From the IMG/VR virus record IMGVR_UViG_3300032321_000801: a stretch of 64,000 bases of DNA; one strand, 5' to 3'. The notes below the pieces were generated by a model. That model was given only the letters and a program-made list of their open reading frames with translations. It was not told the origin of the DNA and did not search any database. Numbering within the stretch: position 1 is the first letter of the stretch; the number at the start of each line of letters is the position of its first letter. Source of the stretch: an uncultured virus (IMG/VR IMGVR_UViG_3300032321_000801). Taxonomy: Duplodnaviria > Heunggongvirae > Uroviricota > Caudoviricetes. A program made the translations under genes and the position numbers. Below, one piece after another: positions 60,354 through 64,000 of the stretch.

Positions 60354-60761
60354 ATGGAAGTAACTATTACACAAACGCTTAGTGGTGACGAGGCTGTGAA
60401 TTACCTCGTATCCAAGTACGACTGGAACATCTATGTTCCTGACTACAACAAACTCAATGTGATTGCGTATCGCCAAAAGTATGAGGATGGTTATCTCGTC
60501 TGTGACTACGATTCGAGTGTCAGCATCTCAATCGAGATGAACCTGACTAACTTCGATATCATCGCCACGCTCCTCTCAAATGACGAGAACGGCAAAGACT
60601 GGACTAACCACACTTGGATTGAGTATGACGACTGGACTGGTACATATGCCAACGATAAAAACATCATCTTGGATGCGTACAAGACCAATGACAAATTCCG
60701 TGAATGGTTTGAGCAGAACATTGTGGACTACCCACTAGAAGAGGTGAACACCAGTGAGTAA
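60354..60761 (+). CDS. Hypothetical early protein
   Basis: Start MEVTITQ, TAATG coupled. Confidence 0.65.
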   Translation: MEVTITQTLSGDEAVNYLVSKYDWNIYVPDYNKLNVIAYRQKYEDGYLVCDYDSSVSISIEMNLTNFDIIATLLSNDENGKDWTNHTWIEYDDWTGTYANDKNIILDAYKTNDKFREWFEQNIVDYPLEEVNTSE

Positions 60762-61158
60762 GGATATGACACTCGAAGAATGGGCTGACACTTACAAGCC
60801 TATGAAGAACGACATCGAGCCTGAGCGTGGCTGGAACGAAACTCTCCACGAAACCTACGGCAAGGAACTCGACAAGGTACGCCTGTACGAACCTCTCAAC
60901 CGAGTCTGGACTTGGGTGGATGGTGACAACGGCACTTACCTCGTTTCAGGTATGAGTTTCGTAAATCGTATTGGTTACTTCATTACCGAAGAACCGTACG
61001 AAGACATTCTCAGGGATTTCAGTAACTACCTGTGTATCACGGTCGAGTCGTGGAACATCTGCGCTGAGTGTGACGGCGATGCTGTCATCCCCGACACAGA
61101 CGACCCCTGCCCTGCGTGTGACGGCTTGGGTACGACAGACCACGAGTGGAACGATTAG
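60754..61158 (+). CDS. Hypothetical early protein with C-terminal Zn ribbon
   Basis: 'ETYGKEL..V', 'RVWTWVDGD', 'FVNRIGYFITE', CAEC..CPAC. Confidence 0.7.
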   Translation: MSKDMTLEEWADTYKPMKNDIEPERGWNETLHETYGKELDKVRLYEPLNRVWTWVDGDNGTYLVSGMSFVNRIGYFITEEPYEDILRDFSNYLCITVESWNICAECDGDAVIPDTDDPCPACDGLGTTDHEWND

Positions 61159-61209
61159 GCGACTTACCCGACTTGTGGTAAGTTGGAAGTAACAACAAAG
61201 GAGGACACC

Positions 61210-61701
61210 ATCCAAACATTCTTGCCTTACGCTGACCTCGAATTCGAGCGCACAGCACAAGCGTTAGACAACCAACGCCTCAACAAGCAAGCCTTAGAGG
61301 GTTGGCAAATAATGATGACCCTGTTCGAACTCGACCCACAGGGCAACCACCGCACACCAAAGGGCTGGGTCAATCACCCTGCTGTAAAGATGTGGCGAAA
61401 TGCTGAACTGGGGCTGCTCGAATACATCAACGATATGGTCGTGGAATGGAAACGGCGTGGTTATCGCTCGACCATCTTTGACAAGGCTCTTGCTACTTAC
61501 GAGTCTGCTGAGGCTATGGGTCGCACACAGGACAACGACAAGCGACCTGCGTTTATGTACGAGGACTCGACATTCGAACAAGTAGCCGAATCACACCGCA
61601 AGGCTCTCCTTGTCAAGAACTACGGCTGGTATCACCAGTTTGGATGGGTCGAAGACACAGGAATAGAACCCACTTCATACGAGTATGTATGGATTGGCTA
61701 A
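61210..61701 (+). CDS. Pyrimidine-dimer DNA glycosylase-like protein (MSMEG_6728 family)
   Basis: 'QTFLPY...LDNQRLNKQALE...GWVNHPAVKMW...SHRKALL.K..Y...YVW'. Apparent ATC start. Confidence 0.8.
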   Translation: MQTFLPYADLEFERTAQALDNQRLNKQALEGWQIMMTLFELDPQGNHRTPKGWVNHPAVKMWRNAELGLLEYINDMVVEWKRRGYRSTIFDKALATYESAEAMGRTQDNDKRPAFMYEDSTFEQVAESHRKALLVKNYGWYHQFGWVEDTGIEPTSYEYVWIG

Positions 61702-61714
61702 CTGAAAGGAAACA

Positions 61715-61879
61715 ATGGAAGAGAATATCGACCTTTGCCCCACCTGCGGAACTATCCGCGAGGGAGGCGTGTGTGAGAATCGGGACACACATCCTCGTAA
61801 CCACGAGGAGCGAATCGAAATGAATATGAAGAACTGGATTAGCCAGTATTACGCCCAAAAGGAGAACAACAGTGAGTAG
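61715..61879 (+). CDS. Small Zn-ribbon protein
   Basis: Manual translation with CPTC. SD GAAAGGA. Confidence 0.5.
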   Translation: MEENIDLCPTCGTIREGGVCENRDTHPRNHEERIEMNMKNWISQYYAQKENNSE

Positions 61880-62123
61880 ACAGTATCACTATGTCGTAGT
61901 GTGGGATATCGAACAAAGCAAGTTTGTCATCGACTTTGACGTAATGGAAAGTAACTTCCCCAACGGCGAAGTTTGGAACAAAGACGCGCAAAAATGGGAA
62001 AGCCGTTACGAGATTGACGGAATGAACGATGCGTACCTCGACATTGAGGATGTTCTTGCTCGTGCGTTGAGCGATGTAAACGATATGCTCGAAGACTTGT
62101 CCACTGAGGCAGACAAAGAGTGA
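61872..62123 (+). CDS. Hypothetical protein
   Basis: 83 aa. SD AAGGAG. Confidence 0.65.
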   Translation: MSRQYHYVVVWDIEQSKFVIDFDVMESNFPNGEVWNKDAQKWESRYEIDGMNDAYLDIEDVLARALSDVNDMLEDLSTEADKE

Positions 62124-62252
62124 GTGAAAACACGCAGGTCTTGTTGGGCTGGTGTATCGCCAACCAACACGACATATGTCCTCTCACAGTGCCACTGAGC
62201 GACCGAAACGAAACGGCAGAGTGTAACTGTTCCTGCCACAAGGAGAGCAACA

Positions 62253-62444
62253 ATGAATAAAGAGATAGTCAAACTAATGCGTAAGGCTAAGAAACAGGGC
62301 TGGCGCGTAGAAGTGACACGAAAGAACCACATCAAATTCCTGTCGCCGTTTGGAGGCATTGTAGTAGCCTCTGGAACACCCTCCGAGAATCGGGGATTCC
62401 TGAATCTCAAATCACGACTGAAATCAAAAGGACTTGTAGAGTGA
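62253..62444 (+). CDS. HicA-like protein
   Basis: 'AKKQGWRVEVTRKNHIKFLSP.G..V..SGTPS.....N.KSRLK'. Confidence 0.65.
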   Translation: MNKEIVKLMRKAKKQGWRVEVTRKNHIKFLSPFGGIVVASGTPSENRGFLNLKSRLKSKGLVE

Positions 62445-62716
62445 GCAACGAAGTTGATTGGACAGAGGGACTCTGTACGCAGACCGACCCAGACATCTTC
62501 TTTCCAGAACTGGGAGATGGGGACTCTTCTTACGCTGCCAAAAGCGTGTGCGCCTCGTGTGCGTTGGTTACGCCCTGCTTGATGGGCGCGATTGAGCGTA
62601 ACGAACAGTTTGGAATCTGGGGCGGGGCTAATTACAAGACTCGTCGCAGAATCATACGAGGTGAAATAACAATACAGTTTCACATCAAGGATTTATCAAA
62701 ACACAAGAAAGGGTAA
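62441..62716 (+). CDS. whiB: WhiB family transcription factor
   Basis: C...DPDIFFP...AKSVCASC....C...GIWGG. Confidence 0.92.
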   Translation: MSNEVDWTEGLCTQTDPDIFFPELGDGDSSYAAKSVCASCALVTPCLMGAIERNEQFGIWGGANYKTRRRIIRGEITIQFHIKDLSKHKKG

Positions 62717-62719
62717 ACA

Positions 62720-62908
62720 ATGGAGTACCTGACAGCAAAGCAGGTTTCCAATGTAACTGGGTACAAGTATCGACATCTTTGGTCATACATAAAGCGAGGT
62801 ACTTTCCCTCAACCAGATATCAACATTGGAAACAAACCACTTTGGAAAGAAGAAACAATCGATGGAGTAGAATTTGCTCCCAAAAGAAAGAGAGAAATAA
62901 ATGATTGA
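62720..62908 (+). CDS. AlpA/excisionase-like HTH protein
   Basis: 'YLTAKQVS..TG....LWSYIKRGTFPQPD...KPLW..ETI'. Confidence 0.75.
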   Translation: MEYLTAKQVSNVTGYKYRHLWSYIKRGTFPQPDINIGNKPLWKEETIDGVEFAPKRKREIND

Positions 62909-63182
62909 CAACGAAAACAAAGGAATACTGGACAGCCAGCCCTACGCTCGATTCCACACTGGTCGTACCGTGATTATGGGTCAGGAAGATTGGGGCGTGT
63001 TCATCCACATCAGCAATGGGCGTGACACAGCAGTTGGAGCGTTCTCAGTAGAAGAAGCAGAAACCGTTATCGGATTCTTACAGGAAGTAGTAGCAGAAGC
63101 AAAGTCTTCTGAACCACCGTTTACTGAACAGGAATTGGTCGAAGAAGAATTGGATTACACTGCTTTCGATGATGTTGAGTAA
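62901..63182 (+). CDS. Hypothetical protein
   Basis: 93 aa, last gene of the plus-strand operon. Confidence 0.6.
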   Translation: MIDNENKGILDSQPYARFHTGRTVIMGQEDWGVFIHISNGRDTAVGAFSVEEAETVIGFLQEVVAEAKSSEPPFTEQELVEEELDYTAFDDVE

Positions 63183-63262
63183 CTAGAAATAAAATCTAAA
63201 AGCGCGAGAAATCTGCGCCCGATACTTTCCAAGTAAATAGAGAAACTGTTATCTACTAATAA

Positions 63263-64000
63263 TTATTCGATAGCATCACGAATAATGTGCGTTGTCTGTG
63301 CCTCAGAGATGTTGATTTCTTCATCTCTGAGGACAGATGCGCGGTCGCCAAAGATAGCAGATAGCACACCGCCAGCCTGAGCGCGTTGAGCCGTAATTTG
63401 GATAAACTCTTTAGACTCGTCGAGTTCCTTTACAGACTTCACAAGTTTCATCAAACGGTCAATTTCCTGAGAGGTGTTGGGGTCGGCGTAGCCACCGTTC
63501 ATTTCTTCGGAAAACCGCATAAACGCTACTCTCTGCCCCTGCATCTCAATGATTGAGGTCAGCAAACCTTGTAGTTGTTCTTTGGTTTTGACCTCTACTG
63601 GAAGAGAGAAAGCACAAGTAGAACCAAGAGTAAAAGCAGGGCAGTTGGCTGCGACAAAACAAGTGTCACATTGACGCAATGTACCTGCCTGTGATTGCAC
63701 AACAGGTACTTGTCTAAGGACATCGTGCCCACTGTCATCTTGGTCTACGATGGTCTTCATTTGATAGCCAAAAATAGGTAGCGGAACAATCTCCGCAGGG
63801 TCTCTTTGAGTTACTTTGTTGGCTGTTTTTTTCCGCTCCTCTACCCCACTGTTAGTAGAACCCCCCACCCCTGTTTCCATCAAACCCGTGTATAGGGTGT
63901 CATCACTGTTATCAGATAACTGGTTACTAGAGTTGCCGTTATTCTTCATGCTTGCCTCTAACTGTTTGTAAGACCACACCGCAACGCGAGTGCTTTCGAG
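63263..64000 (-). CDS. Conserved phage protein with Cys cluster (5' part outside the window)
   Basis: Frame is open to the window edge (LESTRVAVWSYKQ...). 'RQCDTCFVAANCPAF.....CAF'. Confidence 0.65.
   Translation of the reverse strand, partial: LESTRVAVWSYKQLEASMKNNGNSSNQLSDNSDDTLYTGLMETGVGGSTNSGVEERKKTANKVTQRDPAEIVPLPIFGYQMKTIVDQDDSGHDVLRQVPVVQSQAGTLRQCDTCFVAANCPAFTLGSTCAFSLPVEVKTKEQLQGLLTSIIEMQGQRVAFMRFSEEMNGGYADPNTSQEIDRLMKLVKSVKELDESKEFIQITAQRAQAGGVLSAIFGDRASVLRDEEINISEAQTTHIIRDAIE

Overview
This window is 64 kb of a tailed dsDNA phage with a contractile tail, most likely infecting Actinobacteria (WhiB, an MSMEG_6728-like glycosylase, Gram-positive-type LexA boxes). Gene content resembles Bxz1/E3-like and freshwater actinophages. 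1-36 kb (minus strand) is the virion module: baseplate, tape measure with M23 domain, tail chaperones, tube, sheath, small basic proteins, a GT2-TPR glycosyltransferase, collagen and Gly-rich fibres, neck, MCP, scaffold, portal, terminase and lysis genes. 36-41 kb holds tRNA-Arg, a tRNA-like RNA and a class Ic-type RNR beta subunit. 41-53.6 kb holds nine paralogous GNAT-like genes, eight with a C-terminal Zn clasp around a hypervariable insert. 53.6-54.6 kb is a non-coding control region. 54.6-63.2 kb (plus strand) is a putative early region, in which five covarying tRNA-elbow-like RNA elements punctuate the first genes and extra restriction motifs appear depleted. The best candidates for undescribed systems are the mini-tRNA elements and the GNAT/Zn-clasp array. 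Also notable are a probable +1 chaperone frameshift and a free-standing RNR-tail-like peptide. All calls come from reading motifs by eye; no database searches or folding programs were run.
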